From: Dehalococcoidia bacterium
Lineage (GTDB): Bacteria > Chloroflexota > Dehalococcoidia > UBA2979
Assembly (NCBI GenBank): GCA_009379925.1
Contig: WHSU01000012.1
Span: forward strand, 16,419 to 80,418
Length of the DNA: 64,000 nt
Direction: 5' to 3'
The notes below the pieces were generated by a model. That model was not told where the DNA came from. It did not search any database and worked only from the letters and a program-made list of their open reading frames with translations. Made by a program: the position numbers and the translations under genes. Below, piece after piece: positions 1 to 9,960 of the stretch (within the stretch, counting starts at the first letter, position 1; each line of letters opens with the position of its first letter).

Positions 1-1
1 G

Positions 2-445
2 TACGTGGGGAGGCTCGACCAAGAGAGCGAGGGGCTGCTACTGCTCACGACGGACGGCGAGTTGGCGCACCGGCTGACGCATCCGCGGTACGGCATCGAG
101 AAGGTGTACGAGGCCACCATCGAGGGCACGCCCCTGGCCGCGACGTTGCAGACGCTGCGGCGTGGCGTGCCGCTGGAGGACGGCCCGACGGCGCCCGCTC
201 GGGTGACCGTGCTGGGCACGGAGCCCGGGCCGGGCGGCCGCGTCCGGTCGGTGGTACGTGTGGGGATCCACGAAGGCCGCAACCGGCAGGTGCGGCGGAT
301 GTTCGACGCGGTAGGACATCGGGTGCTGCGGCTGGTGCGCACAGAGGTCGGCCCGGTGCGGTTGGAAGGGCTGCCACGTGGCGGCTCGCGGGCCGTCGAC
401 GACCGAGAGCTCGCCGCGCTGCGTCAGGCCGTTGGCCTGGGCTGA
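2..445 (+). CDS. rluB: rRNA pseudouridine synthase, RsuA/RluB family (5'-truncated by window edge)
   Basis: GRLD catalytic motif, EGRNRQVRRM motif; lies upstream of cmk. Confidence 0.85.
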   Translation, partial: YVGRLDQESEGLLLLTTDGELAHRLTHPRYGIEKVYEATIEGTPLAATLQTLRRGVPLEDGPTAPARVTVLGTEPGPGGRVRSVVRVGIHEGRNRQVRRMFDAVGHRVLRLVRTEVGPVRLEGLPRGGSRAVDDRELAALRQAVGLG

Positions 446-537
446 CGGCCTGACGCGTCCCCCGACAGCCGCGGTGGACGCCCAGATCGCGCCGTGTCTA
501 TGATCGTGCGACCGCGCACTCTGCCCGGAGGCCACCT

Positions 538-1239
538 ATCTCCTCGAATGAGTCCATCGCCCGCTCTGTCGCGATCGACGGCCCCATCGCATCCGGAAAG
601 AGCGTCGTTGGCCGCGTCCTGGCCGACCGGCTCGGCCTCGGCTTCTTCGATACCGGACTGATGTACCGCGCCTGCACGCTGGCCGTCCTGCGCTCGGACG
701 TGGACGCCGAGGACGCTCCGGCGGTGACCGACCTGGTGCGCGCACTCGACCTCGACATGCGCTGGCGCGACCCGACGACGCCTCGGCTGTTCCTGGGGGA
801 CGCAGACGTCACCGACGAACTGCGCAGCGCGGAGGTGGAGCACCACGTCTCGCTGGTCTCGCGCATCCCCGACGTGCGCGACGAACTGGTGCGGCGGCAG
901 CGCGCCATCGCCTCACGGGAGCCGGTGGTGATGGCCGGCCGTGACATCGGCACGCGTGTGCTGGTGGAGGCGCGGACGAAGGTGTTCCTGGACGCCTCCA
1001 CGGAGACGCGCGCGCGGCGGCGCCTGGGCGAAGAGCTGGATGCGGGACGAGACAGCACGTTCGAGAGCGTCCTGACGGAGACGCGACGCCGCGACGAGAT
1101 GGACAACACCGGACACCGCGCCCTTCGCCGCGAGCAGGCCGCCCCCGACGCCGTGGTCATCGACACCGACGCGCTGGGCATCGATGGCGTCGTGCAGCGG
1201 TGCGTCGAGGTGTACGAAGCGGCGAACGCGACGGCGTAG
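538..1239 (+). CDS. cmk: Cytidylate kinase; probable non-canonical ATC start
   Basis: In-frame AIDGPIASGKS P-loop and DTGLMYRA motif lie upstream of or span the ATG at 661; GRDIGT motif; GGAGG at 527-531 sits 6 nt before in-frame ATC at 538. Confidence 0.9.
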   Translation: MSSNESIARSVAIDGPIASGKSVVGRVLADRLGLGFFDTGLMYRACTLAVLRSDVDAEDAPAVTDLVRALDLDMRWRDPTTPRLFLGDADVTDELRSAEVEHHVSLVSRIPDVRDELVRRQRAIASREPVVMAGRDIGTRVLVEARTKVFLDASTETRARRRLGEELDAGRDSTFESVLTETRRRDEMDNTGHRALRREQAAPDAVVIDTDALGIDGVVQRCVEVYEAANATA

Positions 1240-1251
1240 GAGGCCGCCCCG

Positions 1252-1992
1252 ATGCTGCCCGCCTTCCGCAGCCGCATTGCCCGCTGGAACTACTACCTGG
1301 TTACCCGGCTCACGCGTGCGGTGGTGTTCACCTTCGGCCGCTGGGAGGTCGTGGGCGCCGACCGCATCCCGGACGAGGGCGCCGTCGTCCTGATCGCCAA
1401 CCACATGCACCTGCTGGACCCGCCGCTGGTGGCCGCCTCGATGCGCCGCCGGCTGCACCCGATGGCGAAGCGCGAGTTGTTCGAGACGCCGCTGGTGGGC
1501 TGGTGGTTCTGGCTCTACGGGGCGTTTCCGGTGCGACGGTTCTCGGGCGACCTGGGCGCGATGCGCGTCGCGCGGAACTACCTGCGCAGCGGCGAGGTCG
1601 TGCTGATGTTCCCGGAGGGGACGCGCTCGCACGGCCGGGGGATGCGGCCGGCGCTGCCGGGCGCTGCCATGGTGGCGATGCTCGCGCAGGCGCCGGTGGT
1701 GCCCGTGGGCATCACGGGCACCGACACGATCCGACTGCCCGGTGTCTTCTTCCGCTGGATCCGGAGGGACCGCCCGCACCTCCGGGTGGAGTTCGGCGAC
1801 CCGATCGAGGTTGGCGCCGCCGGTTCGGACGCCAAGTCCGCGGAGGCGGCGACGGACAACATCATGCGCCACGTGGCCGAGCTGCTCCCTGAGCAGCACC
1901 GAGGCGCCTACGGAGCAGACAGCGCGGGTACCATCGTGGTAGCGCGGCAAGCAAGGGATCGCGAGCGGGGCAGTAGCGAACAGGACGTATGA
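1252..1992 (+). CDS. plsC: 1-acyl-sn-glycerol-3-phosphate acyltransferase
   Basis: NHxxxxD (NHMHLLD) and FPEGTRS motifs; AGGAGG RBS. Confidence 0.9.
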   Translation: MLPAFRSRIARWNYYLVTRLTRAVVFTFGRWEVVGADRIPDEGAVVLIANHMHLLDPPLVAASMRRRLHPMAKRELFETPLVGWWFWLYGAFPVRRFSGDLGAMRVARNYLRSGEVVLMFPEGTRSHGRGMRPALPGAAMVAMLAQAPVVPVGITGTDTIRLPGVFFRWIRRDRPHLRVEFGDPIEVGAAGSDAKSAEAATDNIMRHVAELLPEQHRGAYGADSAGTIVVARQARDRERGSSEQDV

Positions 1993-3837
1993 ATGTGCGG
2001 CATCGTCGGATACACAGGCCACCGCCCAGCCGGCCCCATCGTCATCGAGGGCCTGAGACGCCTCGAGTACCGGGGCTACGATTCCGCCGGCGTCGCGCTC
2101 TTCGATGAGCGCGGCGAGCTGTACATCGCGCGGGCGACGGGCAAACTGGACGCGCTGGTGCAGCGCGTCGAGGGGACGCTGCCTCCGGCCGTGTGCGGTA
2201 TCGGCCACACGCGCTGGGCCACGCACGGCGAGCCCAACGACGCGAACGCGCACCCGCAACTGGACCCGCTGGGCCGCGTCGCCATCGTCCACAACGGCAT
2301 CATCGAGAACTACGACGTGCTGCGGAAGGAGGTCGCCGAGCGGGGCGGGCTGTTCAGCTCCGAGACGGACACCGAGGTGGTCGCGCACCTGCTGGCGGAG
2401 CACGTGGCGCGCGGCATCGACCTGCTGGAGGCGCTGCGCCTGGTGGTGGCCGGCGCGCAGGGCGCCTACTCCCTGGTGGCCGTCAGTGTGGACGAGCCCG
2501 GGCGCATCGTGGCGGCGCGCGTGGGAAATGCGGGCGGGATCGTGATCGGCCACGGCGACGGCGAGCACCTGGTCGCGTCCGACCTCGGCGCCCTGCTGCC
2601 GCACACGCGGCGGGTGTCGTTCCTGGAGCCCGGCGAGTTCGTGGACGTCCGCCGGGACGCCGTCGCCTACCTCGATGCCGAGGGGCAACCCCTCGAAAAG
2701 GCCGTTGAGGAGCAGCCATTCGACGCGGTGGCGACGGCCAAGGGCGGCTACAAGCACTTCATGCTGAAGGAGGTCCACGAGCAGCCGGTGACGGTGCTGG
2801 ACGCGATGCGCGGCCGGTACCTGCTGCACCCGGCCCGCGTGGAGATGGACGGCCTGCCGTTCACGGTGGAGCAGGTGCGCGCGCTGACGCGGGTGGTGAT
2901 CGTCGGCATGGGCACCTCGATGCACGCGGCGATGGTCGGCCGCCACTACATCGAGCGCTTCGCGCGCATCCCCGCGGAGGTCGACAACTCGGCCGAGTTC
3001 CGATACCGCTACCCCGTGCTGGACGAGCACACGCTGGTGATCTCGATCTCACAGGCGGGCGAGACAGTGGACACCCTGGCGGCGATGGACGAGGCGAAGC
3101 GGGCCGGGTGCCCGCAGGTGACCATCTGCAACACGCCCGGCGCGCAGACGACGCGCGTGGCGGACGGCACCGTTTTCATGCGCAGCGGCCCCGAGGTCGC
3201 GGTGGCGAGCACCAAGACGATGTCCGCTTCCATGTTGCTGCTGCACGGCATCGCGCTGCATCTCGGACGGATGCGCGGCACGCTGGACCCGGAGGTCGAG
3301 GCGCGCCAGGTGACGGCAGCGCTGCACCTGCCGGTCGCCATCGGTGAGGCGCTCGAGATGGCGCCGCACCTCCAGCGGATCGCGGGCCGCTACGCGCAGT
3401 GCGAGGACTTCCTCTTCCTCGGCCGCGGCCTCGGCTACCCGATGGCCCTCGAAGGCGCGCTGAAGTTGAAGGAAGTCAGCTACATCCACGCGGAGGGCTA
3501 TGCCGCCGGCGAGATGAAGCATGGCCCGATTGCCCTGATCGACGAATCGATGCCGACGGTGGCGCTGGCGCCTCGCGACGAGGTGTTCGACAAGATGCGC
3601 TCGAACATCCAGCAGGTGCGCGCCCGGCACGGCGCGGTGATCGCGGTCGTCTCGAAGGACGAACACGCGCTGGATGACCTGGCGAACGACCTCATCGAGC
3701 TGCCGGCAGTGGACGCGGCGCTCGTCCCGCTGGTGGCGGTGGTCCCGATGCAATTGCTGTCGTACTACATCGCGCTGGTGCGCGGCGCGGACGTGGACCA
3801 GCCACGCAACCTGGCAAAGACGGTGACAGTGGAGTAG
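1993..3837 (+). CDS. glmS: Glutamine-fructose-6-phosphate transaminase
   Basis: MCGIVG N-terminus, GHTRWATHG, SIS domains, C-terminal PRNLAKTVTVE. Confidence 0.98.
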   Translation: MCGIVGYTGHRPAGPIVIEGLRRLEYRGYDSAGVALFDERGELYIARATGKLDALVQRVEGTLPPAVCGIGHTRWATHGEPNDANAHPQLDPLGRVAIVHNGIIENYDVLRKEVAERGGLFSSETDTEVVAHLLAEHVARGIDLLEALRLVVAGAQGAYSLVAVSVDEPGRIVAARVGNAGGIVIGHGDGEHLVASDLGALLPHTRRVSFLEPGEFVDVRRDAVAYLDAEGQPLEKAVEEQPFDAVATAKGGYKHFMLKEVHEQPVTVLDAMRGRYLLHPARVEMDGLPFTVEQVRALTRVVIVGMGTSMHAAMVGRHYIERFARIPAEVDNSAEFRYRYPVLDEHTLVISISQAGETVDTLAAMDEAKRAGCPQVTICNTPGAQTTRVADGTVFMRSGPEVAVASTKTMSASMLLLHGIALHLGRMRGTLDPEVEARQVTAALHLPVAIGEALEMAPHLQRIAGRYAQCEDFLFLGRGLGYPMALEGALKLKEVSYIHAEGYAAGEMKHGPIALIDESMPTVALAPRDEVFDKMRSNIQQVRARHGAVIAVVSKDEHALDDLANDLIELPAVDAALVPLVAVVPMQLLSYYIALVRGADVDQPRNLAKTVTVE

Positions 3838-3846
3838 GGCCCCCGG

Positions 3847-3889
3847 CCTCACCCCCCGGCCCCCTCTCCACATCACGTGGAGAGGGGAG
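3847..3889 (+). repeat. REP-like palindromic element, family A copy 1
   Basis: CCTCACCCCCCGGC then hairpin CCCCTCTCCAC-ATCAC-GTGGAGAGGGG between convergent glmS/ppdK; related inverted copy at 14038-14082. Confidence 0.7.
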
Positions 3890-3907
3890 TCGGAAGCAGG
3901 AGGTTCT

Positions 3908-6649
3908 CTACTCCGCCCGGCTGATCTCGGACTCGCCCAGCGCCGCCTGCGCGGCCGCCAGGCGGGCGATCGGGACGCGGTAGGGCGAGCAGGAGACGTA
4001 GTCGAAGCCCTCGGCGTGGCAGAAGGCGACTGAGGGCGGGTTGCCGCCGTGCTCGCCGCAGATCCCGACCTTCAGGTCCGGCTTGGTCGCCCGCCCGCGC
4101 TCGATGCCGAGGCGGATGAGGGCGCCCACTCCCTCGCGGTCCAGTTCGACGAACGGGTCGCGTGAGAGCACGCCCTGGCGCAGGTAGGCGGGCATGAAGC
4201 GCCCGGCGTCGTCGCGTGAGAGGCCAAACGTGGTCTGTGTGAGGTCGTTGGTGCCGAATGAGAAGAAGTCGGCGTGCTGCGCGATCCTGTCGGCGACCAT
4301 GCAGGCGCGAGGCAGCTCGATCATCGTGCCCACGCTGTAGCTACACTTCGCGCCCCGCTCTTCGAGCACGCGCTCGGCGATGGTCAGCGTCTGCTCGCGC
4401 AGGCGCTCCAGCTCCGCCTCCACTCCCACGAGGGGGATCATGATCTCCGGGGACGTCTCGATGCCCTCCGCCTGAAGGTCGCACGACGCCTCGATGATGG
4501 CGCGCACCTGTACCTCGTAGATCTCGGGGTAGGTGACTGCCAGGCGTACTCCGCGGTGCCCGAGCATCGGGTTGAACTCACGCAGGCCCTCGACGCGGCG
4601 CTCGACATCGGCGACCCGCATCTCGAGGGTGCGCGCGAGGTCCGCGATCTCCTCGATGGTGTGGGGTAGGAACTCGTGCAGCGGGGGGTCGAGCAGGCGG
4701 ATGGTGACCGGAAGGCCGGCCATCGCGCGGAGGATGCCCGTGAAGTCCTCCCGCTGCATGGGGAGGATCTTTTCCAGCGCGGCACGGCGCTCATCCTCGG
4801 TGGTCGCGAGGATCATCTGGCGCACGGCCAGGATGCGGTCTGGGCCGAAGAACATGTGCTCCGTGCGGGTCAGTCCGATGCCCTCCGCGCCGAACGCGCG
4901 TGCCCGCTCGGCGTCCTCCGGGGTGTCGGCGTTCGCGCGCACCTTCAGGGTGCGGCGCTCGTCCACCCACGCCATCAGCCGGTCGTACTCCGGCGGGAAG
5001 ACCGCGTCGGCAAGCGGCAGCGCGCCCAGCATCACCTCGCCCGAGGAGCCGTCGACGGAAATCGTGTCACCCTCGTTGACCACGACCTCGCGGCCGTCGG
5101 GCGCGACCGTGAAGCGCCGGTTGCGGTAGTCGATGGCGAGGTCTGAGCAACCGGTGACGCAGCACTTGCCCATGCCGCGCGCCACCACGGCGGCGTGCGA
5201 GGTCATGCCGCCGCGCGCCGTGAGGATGGCGCGCGACTCCTTCATCCCCTCGATGTCTTCCGGGCTCGTCTCGTCGCGGACAAGGATGACGTCGACGCCG
5301 CGCTTCGCCCAGTCGACGGCGTCCGCGGGCGTGAAGACGACGCGCCCGACGGCAGCGCCGGGCGAGGCGGCGAGGCCTGTGGCGATCACCTCGCGTTCGG
5401 CGGTCGGCTGGAAGATCGGGTGCAGCAGCTCGTCGAGTTGATCCGGGTCGACACGCCTGAGCGCCTCATCCTGCTCGATGAGGCCCTCGTCCACCATGTC
5501 CACGGCGATCTTCACCATGGCGCGGCCGGAGCGCTTGCCGGAGCGGGTCTGCAGGATCCAGAGCTTTCCCTGCTGGATGGTGAACTCGATGTCCTGCATG
5601 TCCTTGTAGTGCGCTTCCAGACGGTCGCACGCGTCGGCCAGCTCGCGGTACGACTCGGGCATGGCGCGCTCGAGTGAGGGGAGCGGGCTGTCGTTGCGGT
5701 CCACCTCGAGGATCGGCTGGGGCGTGCGCGTCCCGGCGACCACGTCCTCGCCCTGCGCGTTCACCAGGAACTCGCCGAAGATGTGCCGGTCACCCAGCGA
5801 GGGGTGCCGCGTGAAGAGCACGCCAGTCGCGCAGTCGTCGCCCTGGTTGCCGAAGACCATGGCCTGCACGTTGACGGCGGTGCCCCAGTCGCCCGGGTAG
5901 CCGTGCATTTCGCGGTAGACGACGGCCCGAGGCGTTTCCCAGGAGTCGAAGACGGCGGCGATGGCGCCCCACAGCTGGTCCCACGGGTCCTCCGGGAACT
6001 CCACGCCGATGCGTTCGCGGATCAGCGCCTTGTACTCGCCCACCAGCTCCTCGAGTGCGTCCGCGTCGAGGTCGGTGTCCGCGGCCGCGCCGTACTGCTC
6101 CTTCTTGGCGGTGAGCAGGGCCTCGAAGGGGTCGTGGTCCAGTTCGGTGGCGCGCGCGACGCCGAGCACCACGTCGCCGTACATCTGCACGAAACGGCGG
6201 TACGAGTCGAAGGCGAAGCGACGGTTGTCCGAGCGGCGCGCCAGGCCCTCGACGGTGGTGTCGTTGAGACCGAGGTTGAGGATGGTGTCCATCATGCCGG
6301 GCATGGAGACCCGCGCGCCGGAGCGAACGGAGACGAGCAGCGGGTTCTCAGGGTCGCCGAACCGGGCGCCCACGATGGCCTCGATGTGGGCGATGCCGGC
6401 GCGGACCTGCTCGTCCAGCTGGTCGGGGTAGCGACGGCCGAGCTGGTAGAAGGCGTTGCAGACCTCGGTGGTAATGGTGATCCCGGGGGGCACCGGGATG
6501 CCGAGGCCGCTCATCTCGGCCAGGCCGGCGCCCTTGCCGCCGAGCAGGTCGCGCAGGGCGCCGTCGCCGTCGGCGCGGCCATCACCAAAGCGGTAGACGA
6601 GCTGATCCGAGAGCACGGGGGGTTCCGGCTTCCTCGATACAGTCGTCAT
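3908..6649 (-). CDS. ppdK: Pyruvate, phosphate dikinase
   Basis: LLGGKGAGLAEM, GGMTSHAAVVARG phospho-His motif, GICGEHGG; start MTTVS after AAAGGTG. Confidence 0.97.
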   Translation of the reverse strand: MTTVSRKPEPPVLSDQLVYRFGDGRADGDGALRDLLGGKGAGLAEMSGLGIPVPPGITITTEVCNAFYQLGRRYPDQLDEQVRAGIAHIEAIVGARFGDPENPLLVSVRSGARVSMPGMMDTILNLGLNDTTVEGLARRSDNRRFAFDSYRRFVQMYGDVVLGVARATELDHDPFEALLTAKKEQYGAAADTDLDADALEELVGEYKALIRERIGVEFPEDPWDQLWGAIAAVFDSWETPRAVVYREMHGYPGDWGTAVNVQAMVFGNQGDDCATGVLFTRHPSLGDRHIFGEFLVNAQGEDVVAGTRTPQPILEVDRNDSPLPSLERAMPESYRELADACDRLEAHYKDMQDIEFTIQQGKLWILQTRSGKRSGRAMVKIAVDMVDEGLIEQDEALRRVDPDQLDELLHPIFQPTAEREVIATGLAASPGAAVGRVVFTPADAVDWAKRGVDVILVRDETSPEDIEGMKESRAILTARGGMTSHAAVVARGMGKCCVTGCSDLAIDYRNRRFTVAPDGREVVVNEGDTISVDGSSGEVMLGALPLADAVFPPEYDRLMAWVDERRTLKVRANADTPEDAERARAFGAEGIGLTRTEHMFFGPDRILAVRQMILATTEDERRAALEKILPMQREDFTGILRAMAGLPVTIRLLDPPLHEFLPHTIEEIADLARTLEMRVADVERRVEGLREFNPMLGHRGVRLAVTYPEIYEVQVRAIIEASCDLQAEGIETSPEIMIPLVGVEAELERLREQTLTIAERVLEERGAKCSYSVGTMIELPRACMVADRIAQHADFFSFGTNDLTQTTFGLSRDDAGRFMPAYLRQGVLSRDPFVELDREGVGALIRLGIERGRATKPDLKVGICGEHGGNPPSVAFCHAEGFDYVSCSPYRVPIARLAAAQAALGESEISRAE

Positions 6650-6787
6650 CGGGGCACCTTTCCTGCGGGAAATGCACGAACGGCGGGCCGGCAAGAGCCG
6701 GCTCGCGCGGGACAGCGGTACGTGGGGAGTATCGTCGCGCCGCACCGCCGCATTCGGCCGGCACGCCTTCATGCTCGCCGTGGTGCG

Positions 6788-6816
6788 ATTATACGGGGCG
6801 CCGCTGTTCCAGCGAA
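6788..6816 (-). promoter_or_regulatory. Putative sigma70 promoter of ppdK
   Basis: Minus strand TTCGCT-17 nt-TATAAT. Confidence 0.5.
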
Positions 6817-6899
6817 GTGATCATCGGCATAGACAGGTTGACGAGAATGCGCCACACTGGACCCTGATGCAAGCATGGGCGGACCCACGGACACCACCG

Positions 6900-7955
6900 A
6901 TGCACGGACCGAACGGACCGGGAGCCTCTGCCCTGACCGCGCTACGCGCGACGCTCGAGGCGCGCGAGGCCGCGCTCTCCCCGCTCGCGGCGCGTGAGAA
7001 CACGTCCGCCGGGCGCGAGCGGCCCGAGGCGCCAGACCCGCTGCGGCTGGCGTACCAGGTCGACCGTGACCGCATCGTGCACACGCGGGCGTTCCGGCGG
7101 CTGAAGCACAAGACGCAGGTGTTCATCGCGCCCGACTCGGACCACGTGGTGACGCGCATGACCCACACCATCGAGGTGCAGCAAGTGGCGCGGACGATCG
7201 CCCGTGCCCTCAACCTGAACGAGGACCTGGCGGAGGCCGCCGGAGTCGGCCATGACCTGGGCCACACGCCGTTCGGCCACGCGGGGGAGGAGCGGCTGGG
7301 CGAGCTGCTGCCGGACGGGTTCCGGCACAACGAGCAGTCGCTGCGCATCGTGGAGCGGCTGGAGAACGACGGCGCGGGACTCAACCTGATGCCGGAGACG
7401 CGAGAGGCGATCCTGAAGCACTCGAAGGAACGCGCCTCCGTGGCGGCTGAGGCATGGGGGACGGCCAGCACGCTGGAGGGCCGGATCGTGAAGCTGGCGG
7501 ACTCGATCGCCTACCTGAACCACGACATCCAGGACGCGATCCGCGCCGGCCTGATCGAAGTCGACGCGCTCCCCTCGATGGCGCTCGGACGGCTCGGACG
7601 CACGCACACCGAACGCATCGGTGCGCTGGTGACGGACTGCGTGGTCACCTCGCACGCCACGTTCGAGGGGGCGCAGCCGCGGATCGCGCTGAGCGAGCCG
7701 GTGCTGGAGGCGACGGACGCGTTGCGGGAGTTCATGTTCGACCGGGTGTACCACCACCCGTCCACGCTGGAAGCCGCCGCGCGCGGTCAGCGCGTGGTGG
7801 AGGTGCTGTTCCAGTACTACGAGGCTCATCCCGACGACATCCCCGGGTGGTCGCTCCCCGACGACCCGCCCTGGCGGCGGGCAGCCGACTACGTCTCGGG
7901 CATGACGGATGGCTTCGCGGCCAGGCGGGCGAGGGCGTTGCGCTTGCCCGACTGA
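6900..7955 (+). CDS. dgt: dGTP triphosphohydrolase-like protein (start uncertain, 6867 or 6900)
   Basis: DRDRI..FRRLKHKTQVF, TRMTHT, HDLGHTPFGHAGE, DYVSGMTD motifs. Confidence 0.93.
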   Translation: MHGPNGPGASALTALRATLEAREAALSPLAARENTSAGRERPEAPDPLRLAYQVDRDRIVHTRAFRRLKHKTQVFIAPDSDHVVTRMTHTIEVQQVARTIARALNLNEDLAEAAGVGHDLGHTPFGHAGEERLGELLPDGFRHNEQSLRIVERLENDGAGLNLMPETREAILKHSKERASVAAEAWGTASTLEGRIVKLADSIAYLNHDIQDAIRAGLIEVDALPSMALGRLGRTHTERIGALVTDCVVTSHATFEGAQPRIALSEPVLEATDALREFMFDRVYHHPSTLEAAARGQRVVEVLFQYYEAHPDDIPGWSLPDDPPWRRAADYVSGMTDGFAARRARALRLPD

Positions 7956-7970
7956 TCGCGACGCAGGGGG

Positions 7971-8828
7971 ATGTCCATGACGGTGGGGAGCGCTGTTAGA
8001 ATGCTCACGGAGCGCGGCCGCGGGCGGGGTAGAAGCCCCGGGGCAGTCCTGACGAAACACCTGACGAGACGGCACTTCCGGCCGCCCACCGTGGCCGGCT
8101 TCGCCATCGTGCTGCTGGCCGCTGGCATCCTCTCGATGATCGCGCTCTTCGACGGCACCGAGGCAAGCGGCGACGCCACGGCGGCCACGCCGTCGGCGAC
8201 GGCGGGCGCGCCCCCGCCGGGCATCGGCGTGCGCGTAGTGCTGACCACGAACGTGCGCGCGGGCATCGGCGGGCAGGGCGACGTGCTGGCGATCATCCCC
8301 GGCGACCGCACGGTCGAGGTGAACGGCCGCACGGAGGACGCCGCGTGGATCCAGGTGACGTACCCACCAGACTCGAACCTGCGTGGATGGGTGCCCGCTC
8401 GGAACACCGTCCGCGCCTGGGGGGACGTCGCGGACGCCGGTATCCTCTCGGTGGCGGCGCCGGCGGGCAGCGAGGAGGACCCCGGCGCCGAGGAGCAGCA
8501 GCCGGACTCGGAACTGCCCGACCTGGCGATCACGGACGCCTTCGTACAGCCAGGCGGCAGCCTGACGGTCCGCATCGAGAACGTGGGGCAGGGGCAGTTC
8601 GACGGGACCGTGGGGCTGCACGTGCTGCGCGCCGAAGGGGACATCGTGGGCGTGCTCGACATCCAGCGCACGCTGCTGGAACCGGGCCGCAGCGCCACGG
8701 TGGACACGCGCGTGGCCATCGAGGAGACCGGCAGCTACGTGATCGAGCTCGACCGTCGCGACGAGGTCGAGGAGTCGAACGAGTTCAACAACACGTACCG
8801 CGTGGTGCTCGTCCCGAGCGGCGGCTAA
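7971..8828 (+). CDS. Membrane-anchored SH3b-like + CARDB domain protein (true start probably about 8050-8091)
   Basis: N-terminal TM; NVRAG...GRTEDAAWIQV..GWVP (SH3b-like); LPDLAI...EESNEFNN (CARDB); TG-T-TAGAAT at 7994-8002 suggests a later start. Confidence 0.7.
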   Translation: MSMTVGSAVRMLTERGRGRGRSPGAVLTKHLTRRHFRPPTVAGFAIVLLAAGILSMIALFDGTEASGDATAATPSATAGAPPPGIGVRVVLTTNVRAGIGGQGDVLAIIPGDRTVEVNGRTEDAAWIQVTYPPDSNLRGWVPARNTVRAWGDVADAGILSVAAPAGSEEDPGAEEQQPDSELPDLAITDAFVQPGGSLTVRIENVGQGQFDGTVGLHVLRAEGDIVGVLDIQRTLLEPGRSATVDTRVAIEETGSYVIELDRRDEVEESNEFNNTYRVVLVPSGG

Positions 8829-8829
8829 C

Positions 8830-9960
8830 GTGCGCGACCCCGGCGGTCCGGGCCGCCCGCTGCCCCCACCGCCTCCTCCGCCGTCCGATGACCGGCGCGC
8901 CGCGCGCCCGATGCTCTGGGTTGCCGCCGCCATGCTCGTCGTGGTCATCGGCACGCTGACGGCCATCGTGGTCGTCGTGCTGTTCGGCAACGAGGACGGT
9001 GACGCGGACGACACGACGCCGGCGCCGACGGCCACCGCCGCGGCGGGCGGCGGGCCGAGGCTCACGCGCGACATCGAGCTGCGGTCGGCAGCGGCGAGGG
9101 ACTCGGCCATCGTCACACGCATGGCCGCCGGGGACGAACTGCACGTCGTGGGCCGCTCGGCGGACTCATCGTGGCTCCTCGTCGGCCCACCCGAGCGCGG
9201 CGACGTGACCGGCTGGGTGCCTGTCGATGCCGTCGACGGCGCGGAGGACGTCGCCGCGCTGGCCGTCGTCGAGGGGCTGGCCGGGGCGACCTCGACGCCC
9301 GAGCCGGCGGTCACGCCGTCGGAGACCGCGTCACCCGCGCCGACGTTCACACCGGACCTGCCGGACCTCATCGTCGAGTCGATCGAGTCGCGCGACAACC
9401 AGCTGACCATCGTCGTGCGCAACGTCGGGATCGCGGATGCCACGGCCGACCTGTTCCTGAGCATCAATGACGGCGACCCGCGGCCCATCGACGTCAAGCC
9501 GGGCGAGCCGCTGCGCCCCGGCGACGCCGTGGAGATGGTGCTGGCAGAGGAGTACGTGCAACGCCGCGCGACCGTGCAGGCGACCGTGCTGACCGACCCG
9601 CCGATCGACGAGGAGCAGAGCGAGAACAACACGCTGGAGGATGTCGTCACGCCGGACCTACCGAATGACCTGGAGATCGTCGATGCTCGGCTGGACGGGA
9701 CCGCGCGGTGGCTAGTGGTGACGCTGCGCAACAACAGCCCGATCCCGATCCGCGGCCCGGTGACGGTGCGGGTGCGGGAGTCCCCGCCAGGTATTGCCCT
9801 GCTCGGAACGGAAACCGTGGTCGTGATGCTCGAACCTGACGAGACGGTGGATGTGCCGTTCGACACCGTCATGGATGTCGACCTGACCCGCATCGAGGTG
9901 CGGCTCGCCACCGACTCCATCAACGACGCGGTGCTCGCGAACGACCGCTACCCGCGATGA
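8830..9960 (+). CDS. Membrane-anchored SH3b-like + two CARDB domain protein
   Basis: TM helix; GRSADSSWLLV..GWVP; LPDLIV..EEQSENN and PNDLEI..LAND; paralog of the upstream gene. Confidence 0.7.
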   Translation: MRDPGGPGRPLPPPPPPPSDDRRAARPMLWVAAAMLVVVIGTLTAIVVVVLFGNEDGDADDTTPAPTATAAAGGGPRLTRDIELRSAAARDSAIVTRMAAGDELHVVGRSADSSWLLVGPPERGDVTGWVPVDAVDGAEDVAALAVVEGLAGATSTPEPAVTPSETASPAPTFTPDLPDLIVESIESRDNQLTIVVRNVGIADATADLFLSINDGDPRPIDVKPGEPLRPGDAVEMVLAEEYVQRRATVQATVLTDPPIDEEQSENNTLEDVVTPDLPNDLEIVDARLDGTARWLVVTLRNNSPIPIRGPVTVRVRESPPGIALLGTETVVVMLEPDETVDVPFDTVMDVDLTRIEVRLATDSINDAVLANDRYPR

